Below are positions 50,307 to 63,300 of a DNA stretch of 64,000 nucleotides, one piece after another. Below the pieces are notes generated by a model that was given only the letters and a program-made list of their open reading frames with translations, made no database searches and was not told the origin of the DNA. Where the stretch lies: positions 11,222,001 to 11,286,000 of the forward strand of contig JAQFVV010000002.1 of assembly GCA_028023455.1 (NCBI GenBank). The letters run 5' to 3'. The translations under genes and the position numbers were made by a program. Every line of letters begins with the position of its first letter. The first letter of the stretch is position 1. This DNA comes from Epiperipatus broadwayi (Eukaryota; Animalia; Onychophora).

Positions 50307-53300
50307 TGAAACGATAACTTTCCAAGCCCCTATCGTTTCACCATCAAACCTAATGACACTCTCATCTGTGCTGAGTTCGAACCTATTTAAATGTTAATAA
50401 ATATAAAAATCGTTCATGTCTGTATAAACAGTATTATATATTTACGTGCGAACCAACGCTATAATTAGATAGGATTAGTAAAATTATAGCGTACTAAAGT
50501 TATTTAATATTTCTAAAACTGTTTATTATGTTATTTAAGTTAAGAGTAAATTATTAATTTTGTTGTTTAATATTGTAATTTCGTATGTGGATATATAATC
50601 TGTGCTATATAGAAGAAAGACATGATTTAAAATATGTAAAAGCCGTCATCTAAAAATACTATTAAATGTTTCTTTAAAAATTGTTAAAAGATTTCTTGTT
50701 TTAAATATATTTCAGGGAAAAGTTTCTCGAAAATATATTTAAAAGCTATATCAAAATATGTTTGTAAATTATTTTTAATAAATATGTTAAAAATGTTTTC
50801 GTTTTAAAAAAATGTTAAAAGGTTGTTTTTAAATAGAAAGAGTTTCTATTATATGTCTTGCGTTGTTAGCCGAGAGGTATCGCAGCTGCCATGCAAGCAA
50901 GTAGTTGGTTGCAGACGGGTGTGGGTTCGCGTCCCGGCAGATGCTATGACATATGAAAAAAAAAAAAAGAGTTTCTATTATATGTAAGATTAAAAATAAA
51001 AGCTGGTCAAGTAATTAAAAGATTTTTGGTTGTAAACAAGTGTCATTAACGACCACACCTGGAATTCGTAAAAAGTAAAACTAGTTCAAAATTTACTAAT
51101 TAAAATCTCCTTAGATAAGATTAAGTTATTTTAAAATCTAAATTGGACAATTGTTTGCAACGAAAAATCTTAATTATAATAATAGCTTATGGAATGTTTC
51201 TAACATAAGTTATCTAAGATTTTAAAAATCTGGATTGTAAAATTGAAAAATATTTAATTAAATTCCTGAGTTTAGTGAGTCTTGAGGCGATAGATTCCGA
51301 TAAGGAAAAGATATAAATACTCTGTATTTTTAACAAGAAGAGAGCCATATTGTTAGAGAAAGACAGCCATATTGTTAGAGAGAATTGCAGCCAGTCTTCA
51401 CAATTGTTAATGTTTAACATGTCCGGCTAAAAGCGGGCATCTTGTTGCTGTTACTCTGCGGGAGAATGGGGTTTCTCTCGTCGAAATGCCTAAACCACCA
51501 TCATGCCGCTAGCAGAGATCAGTCTAACAGAATTGGAAAGATGATGCCGCCCAGTCAAACTAAACCAAACCAACAGCCAAGAACTTGCAGTCCAGATTAA
51601 TCATACCGGTACCGTTTTATTTTTCAAACCGCAGAGCTCTGTGTAATTCTAAATGTAATAATATCTATCTAAGTTAGCTAACTTTCTTTTTAAAATAATG
51701 ATAAAGCTAAATGTAATCAAAACTTAAAATCCATTTAATATTTTAAATACGTCAATTACTATCAAAATTTAATGTGTTAATGTTTAAATAATCTGACTTA
51801 TTTATATTTTCCATTCACTTCAAAGTAAATTATTTAGTTTAAAGTTATATCACTGTGGTTGTGTCTATATTTCTTTGCTTATTTTATTTTAAATGCTTAT
51901 TATATTTCATATGCCAATATTTCGAAACAGTGAGCACTTAATTTCATGTATATTTTAAGAAGATATTATTTGAAAATCTTCGTGTAATTTATTTATAGCA
52001 TCAACTTTCTGCGCTGTTTCGAAATCCTATTTTTTTTTATTATTTAAATGATTTAATATACGAAATGTGGCTCTTGATCAACCAGTTAAAAACTTAACCT
52101 TATAGTTTTATTTAGAATTAAATTTAGCCTTGATCATATTTATAAGTATATTTGACATTTAAATTCTTAAGTCCATAGAAATATACTTTCCCTCCTTAAA
52201 TATTTATTATCTATAAGTAACTTAATAGATCGAACATGTCAAAGTACAGATGTAATAATATTCCCTTTAGTAGCATAGACATTTATTATCAGGCTACGCA
52301 AGAGTTGGTCCCAATTTGATAGAGCTAATATGCTATTAACTCGTATTTCATAGTATGAAATGTACTATTCTTTGCTTGGTGGAGGTGATATTATTTTATA
52401 AAAATATTCTCGTTTTGCTGCTATAGGTAATATACGTATCTTAAGATGGAGCCACGGCATTGCCAGCACATCTTCTTTTATAGGGTAGAGCAGTAGCAAA
52501 GCCTGAACCAAGGCCAGGTTAGCACGTAAGTCCCCCACCATTCCTGAACAAAATGTTCCTTTTCACGCAGCATTGTGATCGGTTACAGGGTACCGGCATT
52601 TGTCGCAAGAACCCTGAAGTTATTTCATCTATCCGCAGAGTGACTTTTCCTATTATTGGTTACCTGTGCCATAGCACATTGGTAAAATCTTATTTCAGCC
52701 AACTCTCCCACCTTAACATAACGCTTTCAGCATTCTGAAATTTTCTCTCGAAAGCCATGTTCGATCAATCATTACTTGAGCTGGTTTATGCGCTCGTTAT
52801 TAAATTATATTGTATATTTTAGTAAATGAATTCATGATCAAAGTTCAATATAATTATTTATATAACAGCCACCAATGTAATAGGATTTGGCTTATCGAGA
52901 TTTATAGACATAACGTAGTGATTAATTATGTATCAATTGTAAACAATTCCTAAGATGGGCACATGTTAAACTCATCTATGAAATTTAATGATTACTTATG
53001 TAAAGTGATTTTGAATTACCAACTGTTTGCGTACATTCAACGCTGAATGCTATTGTAAATAAGTGATATATATAGATATGAGTTGTAAATAAATATATAA
53101 TTAATTTAATGTATTTCGTTCTCTGTCTCGTTATTGATCTAATTCAATCCAATTCTAATTATCATTTATAGCCTATATATGTGAAAACTATGCATTAAGT
53201 TAAATTAAATTAGTGATATTTTAGTCAATTAAGAACCTTTCTTTTAATTATCAGTCTTATTGCTTCTCCGTGACCTATGTCGGCCGTGTGGAAAGAGATA

Positions 53301-53473
53301 TACTACGTGTAATTTCAAGGTGGTCATTCGTAGGGTCTTGAGTCTTGGAATCCTGGCTTACGAGTTGAAGTGTGGTCGGACTTGGGATGTCACAGTCCTA
53401 GTCTGGTCAGCTTTGGTCTCTTTTGCTTGGATTCTGAATTCTGTTACGCGAATGTATAAACTTGACTGTTACA
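50307..53473. mobile_element. 3167 bp solo-LTR-like insertion in CR1 #2
   Basis: TGAAAC...GTTACA termini and a 4 bp TSD ATAT (50303-50306 and 53474-53477). Removing it restores CR1 ORF2 (SSSD-IDFCMK). Many CpGs retained; no internal terminal repeat seen. Confidence 0.8.
50855..50965 (+). mobile_element. ~110 bp tRNA-derived SINE, copy 2 (inside the solo LTR)
   Basis: 20 bp TSD AAAGAGTTTCTATTATATGT (50837-50856 and 50966-50985); A box TAGCCGAGAGG; same GGGTTCGCGTCCCGGC.GATGCTATGACA end as copy 1; poly(A) tail. Confidence 0.85.
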
Positions 53474-55520
53474 ATATAGATTTCTGTATGAAGTTTTTTG
53501 AACAATCATTTAGTGAACTAATTGACAAATACATTCTAACTAACCATTTTCCTGTCTGGTTTTCAGTCTCTCTTAAATAAATTATTAAAAGTAAATCATT
53601 TCACCATCGTAAACATTGGAGAACTAAAAACTTAAATTATTATAACAATTTTAATTATAGAAGATTGTCAAAGGTTATATATCATAGAGATTTTCAAACA
53701 TTTATACAACTGAAAGTCATATTTCTGATAATCCTAAGTAATTTTGGTCTCTAGTCAAGGATTTAGGTATTACAAAAAAAAAAAAAAATTAGAGTAATAA
53801 TTCAAATCTAGTTGCAGATGATTTTTCTCATTATTTCTCAGAGCTTTTTAAACAATCTAAATCTTTTACTAATTTAACTGAAAATAATGATCTAATTGAA
53901 GAAAGGATAGCATTTCATTCATTTATTGAATCTGATTTTTTTTCTTCTATTAAGCAGCTTAAATTACATTCTTTTATAAAGGATGTGCTGAATATATTGC
54001 TTCTCCTCTTTTGCATATTTTAATTGCTTTTTAGCAAATGGTACTTTTCCGACATCCATTAAAATTGCTAAAGTTGTACCTATTTTTAAGAAAGGATCTA
54101 GAGATTAGGTAAGTGACTATAGGTATATTTCAGTTATACATGCTGTTGCTCAAATATTTAAAAGATGTTTATATAATAAAATTATCTTGGGATGTCAATA
54201 AAGTTTTAGCACCAGAACAGCATGACTTTTTGCCTAATAGGTCCATTAAAACAAATTTGCTAACTATTTTTGATCACATTTCAAATTCAATTCAGATTTA
54301 ATCTAGGTTGGATGTTATTTATTTTGATATGTCCAAGGTTTTCAATAGAGTTAATTATAAAATTCTTTTTCAAAAACTTTGTAGATTAGATTTTTCCAAA
54401 TTATTAATTAATTGGTTTGACTCTTTTCTTAAACTTAGAATGTCTTGTGTGAAGTTTAACAATAAATTGTCATTACCCTATTATTGCTTCACTGAGGTGC
54501 CTCGAGGCAGTGTTTTTGTATGATTATTATTTAGTGTATACATTGATGACCTAAAAAATTGCATTAAATTTTCACATCTATGTTATGCAGATGATTACAA
54601 AATTTTTAGGCATATTTATTCTATTAGTGACTGCTTTTTACTTCAAAGTGATATAAGTAATTTATTTATTATATTCACACCAATTCATTATATAAATATG
54701 GATAAGTGCCCCATTGTCTCTTAGTCTAGAAAATCTGAAATATTAAGGTTTGCCTACTATATTGGTGACTCTAAAATCATAACAAATAATCATCAAAGAG
54801 ACCTAGGAATAATATTTTACAATAATGGGTCTTTTTATAACCACTTTAATTTTATGTTGAATAAATCTCTTAAAATTGTAGGAACTATTTACAGATATAG
54901 AAAAGCATTTAATAAATTTACAAAAATTACACTTTTTATATCCTTAGTACTTCCCATCTTGGAGTATGGTTGAATTATATGGAATCCTCATAACAAGACA
55001 GATATAAAAATTCAGTCTTTTTTTGACAAATTTTTAAAATTAAATAGTTTAAATAATGAACACTATATTGATTTAATGCTGAGACGAAAAACAAGAAATC
55101 TTAAATTTCTTTATAAATTTATTTCCCAGAATGATTAACTATTACGAAACAGAATGATAACACTCATACTCACAATATTTTTGAACTTAAAATTTGTAAA
55201 TCTGATATATTAACATTCCCCCCTTATTTTTTGTTTACCTAGAACTTATAAAAAACATTTTACTAATAAAGATATTTTTAATTTAGATTTTAAACAATTC
55301 ACTAAAATCATTTTTAAAAAATATTACCCTTAATTTCATTTGATATATTACTTTTTTACTTATTTGTTCATTTTATTGTTTTTCTATTTTATTGTTATTA
55401 TTATTTTTTTAATGCTTATTTAGATTTGTATATAATAATTACTTTACTGTGCAATCTATAATTGGCTAAATGCTGTTGATATGTACATTAAATAAATAAA
55501 GAATTGAATTGAATTATTAT
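53474..55520 (+). mobile_element. CR1-type LINE #2, 3' part (RT, tail)
   Basis: FPVWFS, IAKVVPIFKKG, QHDFLPNRS, DVIYFDMSKVFNRV, EVPRGSV and YADDYK; ends AATAAATAAAGAATTGAATTGAATTATTATTAT. Confidence 0.9.
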
Positions 55521-55601
55521 TATCGTCATCATCGTCCTTCTTCTTCTCCTCCTCCTCCTTCTCCTTTTTCTTCTCCTTCTTCTTCTGCTTCTTCTTCTTC
55601 A
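55521..55601. repeat. (CAT/CTT/CCT)n microsatellite
   Basis: Directly visible after the CR1 tail. Confidence 0.9.
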
Positions 55602-55849
55602 AAGCAATCTTTATTTTTACTTAAGAAAAATGGTTAGATCAGTAAAAAGAACAAGAAAAAATGAGTACATCAAGAAACAAATGTTACAATTATTCCTATG
55701 AGTACGTTCTCCAATTAATTCAATTGTCCATTAATGGATTAGAATGGGATGGCGCTTGAATAAAATGAGTCCAGTATAGGATTCAATCTCAATTGTTTCG
55801 AATAATAGAGTTTCACAATATGATTATATCCGCATTCAATTAAGATAGT

Positions 55850-56230
55850 GTGGGTCTGGATGTTGTTAGTTTTTGTCTCATTAAAACATTTGACAATGTA
55901 AAGCATAATTCTCTAATATATAAATTGAGAAAGCTAATAACAAAAATGAATGTCGTACATATAACAAAGTAATATCCATCCAACAGAGAAGGCTTTGTTA
56001 TGAATATGAAAGAAGGAAGCCTCTTATTTAAAAACAATGAATTACTCATGGAAATGTTTTATCATTTACATTATTCAATGTTTTTCTAAATGATTTTCAA
56101 TAGGCGATAATCAAATGATCACTACTGTTTTATGCAGACAATTACAAAGTCTTTAAACAGATACATACCTATGAAGATTTTGGTAATATGTAGGCAGATA
56201 TTAATAATTTTTTATAAAACATGTTTGGGA
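55850..56230 (+). mobile_element. Short decayed CR1-like RT fragment
   Basis: IKTFDNVKHNSLIYKLRK and FYADNYKVF-like blocks. Confidence 0.55.
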
Positions 56231-56344
56231 GTGCTTATTAGAGTTTATCATGCACGGTATATTATTGGTGGTTAAATGTTTTTGCTAGAGGGTTTGTGTA
56301 GTTGGTGGATGACAGTTTCGGCTGATTATTCATTCCATGGGTAA

Positions 56345-56992
56345 TAATTTTTTTTTTAATAAAGAAAAGTTATTTTAATTTGTTGAGTTGTACTTAATAT
56401 TTATATGTATTTCATTCTCACTTGGAAAAAAGTGCAATTTGAGAATTTTTTCTGGATTTAAACATGGAAACTTATGAAACTTTGAACTAGCTCTTGGAGG
56501 ATTTTCTGCAGGTCATATAACTCGGTGTCTGACTTTATTTAGATGTTATCATTGAAAAAATGTTTGTTTCTAAGAAATTTCCATGATTAAATTTTTTGGC
56601 AAACAAAAATTATTTTCATTTGTTGAATTGTACTTAATATCTATGTATACTTGATTCTTACTTGGAAAAAAGTGTATTTTGAGGATTTTTCTGGGTTCAA
56701 ACATGGAAACTTATGAAACTTTGAAGTAGCTCTTCTAGAATTTACTGCAGGTCATATGACTTAGTAGTCGACATTTTAATAAATTTTGTCATTGAGAAAA
56801 TGTTTGTTTTCTGAGATATTTCCTTGATTAATTATTTTTGTCAAAGAAAAGCCATTTTCACTTATTGAATTATGCTTAATATCTATCTATATTTGATTCT
56901 TACTTGGAAAAAACTGCATTTTGAGGATTTTTCTGGGTTCAAATACAGAGACCTATGAAATCTTGAAGTAGCTCTTCTAGAGTTTACTGCGG

Positions 56993-56993
<1 letters not shown>
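56345..56993. repeat. Tandem repeat, ~240 bp unit x ~2.7
   Basis: CTTGGAAAAAA.TG.ATTT.GAG...GAAAC.TATGAAA recurs at offsets of 240 and 242. Confidence 0.9.
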
Positions 56994-57061
<68 letters not shown>

Positions 57062-57078
57062 GATGATGATGATGATGT
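56994..57078. repeat. (TAT)n(GAT)n microsatellite, probably the 3' tail of the minus-strand LINE
   Basis: Follows AATAAAATTTGATTTG on the minus strand. Confidence 0.85.
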
Positions 57079-57079
57079 C

Positions 57080-60000
57080 ATTGTTGTTTCAAATCAAATT
57101 TTATTGTTCAGAAAGAATTATATTGTTAGAAATATATAGTTGGATATTAAATAACTTCAGAACAAACAAATAGATATTATTGGTACAGTCTAAATAAATT
57201 ATTAGGCAGGTAACTGATAAATGCAGACTTGTAAACAGTGTATTTGTCTATGGTTGTATTTTTATTGACTGAGGGTTTAGTTCATCAGTTAAAAAATACT
57301 TTGTTTGGTTGGATTAAATATATCCTTTGGACTATCCAATACACAATGTAGTGTTCAAAAGATTGTTGAAAATGAGGTATGTGATAAAAAAACTTTTTGT
57401 TACAGCAAAAGTTTTTTTGGTTGTTTGAGGTTATGGTCTGGCTCAGGTTTTTGACAGTGACAATGCAGCAGCAAAAATATCTGTCTGTGCAATTTTACAA
57501 TCTTTGGCCTTCCGTTGTTCAAGTTTATTAGAGAAGGTGGCCGGGTGCCTTCTGGTGTTATTTCCAATGCAGAAAATACATCTGGCACACCATAAAGTAT
57601 AAAAACAAAAGGTTGCTGCACAGGCTGCTGCTGAATATTTCTATTAGCTTATCAAGTGTTATGTTATTTTGTCTATAAATAGTAATCTGACACAAGAAAT
57701 AAAAAGCATCAATATTGGTGTATAGCTTGTGGTATTTTAAGAAATAAAAGGTAGGTAGAGCATGAAAATTTAGCCTTAAGAGAAAATATAAAAAAAAATT
57801 GTGCTTCAAGGACCATTTTTTGCATTTCTGAATCCACTGACTGTAGGTTCAGGTACAGAGAATTATAAATGCTCTAATAGGTGTATCTTCCAACACCCAA
57901 ATAAGACAATTGATTATAAAAGCTTTGGAGTTGGTTTATGAGCAAAGACAAATGTCCATGTGAAGGCGGTGGTCGATCTGTCAGTGTTATTTGAAAGATG
58001 CATTCAAGAGCTAGAAAACTTCTTATCGGTGCAGCCAGGAAATTAATACTTCTTTGTGTATGAAAAATTTGGATGGAGTGAAGACTTTATTCATTTTTAT
58101 GGGAGACTAAGTCATTTTACAGAGATGGAGACTACTTTTCTATTTCATAATAACTTGCTAAAGAGTGAGTAAATAGACAAAGTGAAATATTTAGTGAAGT
58201 TTATGATTAGTAAGCAGTAAATTACCTTTGTAGTTATAAGCTGAGTGAAAATGCATACTTTTGTATATAAAGAGTGGTAAGTTTTGGAGAGAGAGTTGGT
58301 TATGCACTCTGCATCATATTTCAGTTTTTTCTGGTATCAGAAGTATTATTCTTATATATATAAATATATTTCTGGATCTTTTGTCTCATTCCTGTGGGTC
58401 CTAGGTAGAAAGGAAATCCAAGAAAATTAATTGATTAACCATGATAAATTTGTGTATATATCTTGTCAGTGTAGAGAAACAAAGCTGATGTTTATTAGTG
58501 TTGATCCTGAGTTTATATTTGAAGATGTAATCATTAAGTATTTTTTCCAGAGTAGGTAGTTGCTTTTTATAGGTAAGAGAAAACAGATAATCCATGTATG
58601 CAATACATGGTATATAATCCAGGGTGTATGATTTGAATTCCTTGTAATTTTTGTTGTATTTTGTTTATGAGAGGGTTAATGTAGAACATGAATAATAAAG
58701 AACTGAGTGGATTCTTGAGCTACGAATTGGTTAGGGATGAATGAAGATGGTGATCTACCATTAGCTGTAATATGGATTTCTTGACTAAAGAGTAGGTTGG
58801 TTAGTAGATATAAGAGGGAATGAGGTATTTTGGTATCTGCAAGTGTCTGAATTAAAATTTCAATAGAAATCGAATCAAAAACAGCCTCAAGGTCAATTTG
58901 AGCATATTTTTTATGCCCTTGAACTGAATTTAAGATGATTTTTAAAAATTAGGGCAGCTTGGCCTGTTGAGGAGCCTATTCATGTTGCATAAATGATAAT
59001 AGAGAAAGGAGATATGATTCGATTTTATTTTTTAAATTTTTTTCCAGGATTTTAATATCAAGAGGCCCCATGGATATTGGTCACACATTAGATAGATTGG
59101 ATATTGAAGATAGTTTTTTGTTGAAAGGAACTAAGGAGATTGGATATAGATCTTTTATGTTAAACAACATTTTGATAGGTAATTTGCAAAATCACATAGA
59201 TATGTGATGGTAACTGACTGAGATGTGAAAATACAAATTTAGGGATTCCATGTGGCCCTGGATGGCAAGAGTTTGGTATTGTAATTAGTTTCAGCATGAA
59301 AAAATAGCATGGATTGATTTATCTAACTCTGGTTGGCCAAAGAGATCTTCAACTGGTGCAAAGTCACAATGTAACTGAAGCTTTTGTTGTATATTGGTTC
59401 CATCATATTATGTCTGGCTTTGGTGTTTTCAAGTGGTTGTGGAACTCTGACAGTGGAATAATATCTCCAAGGTTTTTCTAATTCACTCTCATGTCCAGGG
59501 GTGTTGTTTTGTTAGACAGGTTTTCTTTTTTGTGGCAAGGTAATCTTTTAGAGTGTTGCAGGTGTTATTATATACTTGCATAAGTCTTTTTATATGTGTC
59601 CACTAAACATCACATGATCATGATATGTGTTTCAGTGTACAAAAATTTAGAAGTGTTCAGAAAGAATTATTCTTATTGTTTTGTGAAGGTGAATTGTTGG
59701 TGTTTGCATTGTATTCAGATTGAGTTTGAATATTTGACTAGAGTGATTAGAAAAGGGTGATAGATTAACTATTGACCTAATTAAGTGATGAAGTATGGAT
59801 AAATAAAAGCACAGGTCAATAAGTGAGACATGACAGCAGTTGTAGAGTGAGATAGAGTTGGGTGGTAAGAAACTTTCAGTGCTTACAGTGGTATTGAAAG
59901 TAGTTGTAGCCACTTTGAAACAAAAGTGTGATAACTCATGTTAAAATCACCCAGTAAAACAACTGGGTAAGGAGTTGATGATAGTAGTGAGTTGGTGGTT

Positions 60001-62200
60001 AGCAGTAATCTTTATATTACAGATGATCCAAGTAGTATGTAAATAAAAATTATGTTGAATGTGACAGTACTGTAGTAAAAAGTGACTATAAATAGGTTTG
60101 AGCTGATATATATGATTTTAAGGGATGAAAATGGGCAGTTTCTTGTAATGATCAGGCCAGTTCCACCTGATAGTGGTGATGAATCTCAGGAACAGGCACA
60201 AAAATCTTATGTTTTTAGATAGTTTGTGAGGTCAATTTGAGAACCACTATATATTTTTGTTCCAGCAGACCCATGATCTGTGGCTGTGGAAATTGAATCC
60301 ATTTATTTAGCAGGAAGTTTTTTTTTAATTCAGTGTAAATCTTGAACATTAAAAGCTCCTATCTTTATTTACATGTTGAATGTAAATGAATAGAAAAAAT
60401 AAAAGTATATATTTTAAGAATAAGTTGTTTTATATAGACTAGACTAAGATTTCCATTTGTTGTTTTGTTTCTAAGGTCTAGAGAAAGGGTTGTATGAATG
60501 TAAAAGGGCAGCTATGACTGAAAATTAAAGTTTTCAGGGATGGCATCTAGGGCATCAAAATATTTAAGAGTTGCTTTGTTTACATTATTTTTTTAAGCAG
60601 AAAAATTTTGATATTTGTTGGTATACTATGGTATATATGTTTTTCTTCAGGGTTTGTTTTTGATTCGTAGCTTGAGATTGAGGTTTTAGTAAGTGAATGA
60701 TGATGATTTTTGAACCTTTTTAGAGCTTGCTGTTTTAGTTGAGTCTCTGTTAAACGGGGACTACAGGAGCCTAGGTTATAAATGCTGTTATTAGATGAGC
60801 ATGTTAGATTAATTTTGGGATCAAATGTTTAAACTTTTTTATTACCAAGATTTGTTTGTGGTTGCCCAGGTTTTCTTTTAGAAGTGTAATCTGTATCACA
60901 GATTTCAACTACAGATTTCAACTAGTGGTAATGATAGTGTCAGTGTATCCATGACATCTATGCTGGTCTAGTTTATTATAGGTGAAAATTGGTTAGTATT
61001 GTCATTGTGAATTATTAATTATGGTACCTTAGCTTCATGAGTTGAAACTAACTGGTTACATGGTTTGGCTAATGAGGTGAGAATTTGATTATTATTACCC
61101 TGAGTAATTTTGTTGCTGATATTAATGGGTGTGCTAAAGGTTTGTTTTGTCTAGTTGATGGAGAGATCAATTGGTGAAGCATCTTCATTTGAGAGAGAAT
61201 TAGTGTGTGTATTAGGTGTTTTGTCAATATTATCTTGGCTTTGATTATGAATGAATTTAGATGTATGGTTACCCATTTTATTACACTGTAAGCATTGAGT
61301 GATTGTGCAGTTGATTACCAGATGACCACACTGGTGACAAGAAAAACATTGTGTCTTTAACACTCTTATATATAGGCAAAGCATGGTCTCTTGATCTGTA
61401 ATCTGAGTAGGTATAGTGACTGGATTGAGGTTTTTGTTTAGCTTGACTTTAATCTCATAGCTATTGCTATCCGCTGGAACTGGGGTGTCCTTTAAATAAA
61501 CTGGTTGCAATTAGACCACCTTCCCAAAAAGCTTCATTAGTTTCTGAAAATCATGTGTGGAGTGGCTTAGGTATGTATTTTTCAATATGCCAATTACGTA
61601 TCTCTGTCTGTTTTCATCTACAGCAATTAGAGCAAAATGAACAATGTTTTGATCTTCATTTTAAATCTATTTCTCTGTTTTTGATCATGGAATTCTATGA
61701 TCAGATATCTTTGTTTGGGATGATCAGCTAAGTGGAGAACAGTCCCATAAATTGTGCAAAGTGAGTGCTTCATGGAAATTTATACAAAGATTAATGAATA
61801 TCTGAAGCTGATAAAATTTATTGAACGATCTGTAACAAATGGTGGAATGTGTTAAATAGTCCATTAGGAATAGTGTTGTGGAACTTTTCAGAAATGCTAT
61901 CTAGCATATCAGCAGTCAATATTACAGAAGGGCGGGGGGGGGGGCTGTCTTTCTTCACTATTTTGATGTTGTAAATCTAAATTTTCAATATCGTTGGTTG
62001 TAGATTTTCTGAATCTTTGGGAAGAGGAATTAAAATTCATGTTTGTGATTAGGGTTGAGGCATCAAGGATTTTTTTTTGCAATATCAATATATGTTTTTT
62101 TATTAATTAAAGTAATATTATTTTTTAGGCTTGTTTTTGCATCAGGGTTATGAAATACTGAAGGTGTGGTACCATCTTTTGACGGTGCTGAATATATTAC
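57080..62200 (-). mobile_element. Heavily decayed L1/Tx1-clade LINE related to the 35.4-40.3 kb element
   Basis: DHPKQRYLIIEF (compare HHPNRRYFVVEF); CFSCHQCGHLVINC knuckle (61151-61510 ORF); VLLGDFNM near 59950; LRINTNK..NFLGFPF near 58400-58520. Confidence 0.75.
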
Positions 62201-63030
62201 TTTTTGTTTCTCCACTGAAGCACACACATATATTTGCAAACTTTTACTATATAACTAATTTCGTTTTTGTTTTTTAAAAATAATTTAAAATTACCGTTTA
62301 TGATGGAGTTTCAAGTAATTTATTATTATGATTATATCCATAAACTAAACCAATTTGAATATTTTTATCTTTATGAATTTCTAATAATTGTATTTATCTT
62401 TTTTATTTATTTATCTTTTAAATGAAATAAGAAGTATAATACATAAATATACATAATTCAAGATTCAAGGTAAAAACGTAAGAAAAAAAAGACAACGTAT
62501 AAATTCTCATGTATTTAATCATCGAGAGAAAGAAAGAAAAGTTTTTAGTATTGATTTAAATTCTTTAAAAGTCTCTAAATCTTTCAAATTTTCAGTAAAT
62601 CATTTAACATTTTACGAATATAATGACCTTTTAACTGTACCACCATATTGCAATATTATTATTTCTTAGATTGAAAATATTGTTAATTTTCTCGATATTT
62701 CTTATCAAAATAATTATTAAAAACAACAAGTATTTTAATAATTAATCAAAATATAAAATTTTGTATTTACAGCATACATGTGATGAATCATAAGCACTAT
62801 CTTATTAAAAATTAAACTTATTAATCTTTTTTTTTTTTTTAAGTTTGGTTAGTCGTCACAAATGATGACAAGAAGTTAAACCAAGTAATTCCACATCTGA
62901 GATTCACAACCAAAACATTTATCGATAAAATTTATCTAATATTATAAAAAATGCAATGAAAATATGTAATTTTTTTATTAAATGAACGTTCCATCATATA
63001 CTGCTTACAACTAAAAAAAATCTATTTTAT

Positions 63031-63300
63031 TTAAACAATTCTTAAAATAATATATATTATATATATTTTAAATATCTTGATCCCTGACTGTAAAATAGCT
63101 CTATAGTCACCGATATTTCCTGATTTAATAACAAAATAGGTAATAACTATTTTAAATAAATCTACTAAGTTCACTTGAGATATTATTTTATTAAACAAAA
63201 ATAATAACATTTCATCAACATTATCAATATTGTTAATTATGTTAATTATTCTAATTCCATCAATACCAGGACAGATATTTCTTTTCATGGCTTTATAATT
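63031..63300 (-). mobile_element. Isolated LINE RT fragment (CR1/Jockey-like)
   Basis: CPGIDGI...LFLFNKII...K.VI..V.KSG...DYRAI. Confidence 0.55.

Noticed and set aside
57255-57292. Minus-strand CTGATGA-ACT...AGT-CAAT hammerhead candidate
   Set aside because: GAAA box missing and no stem I or III.
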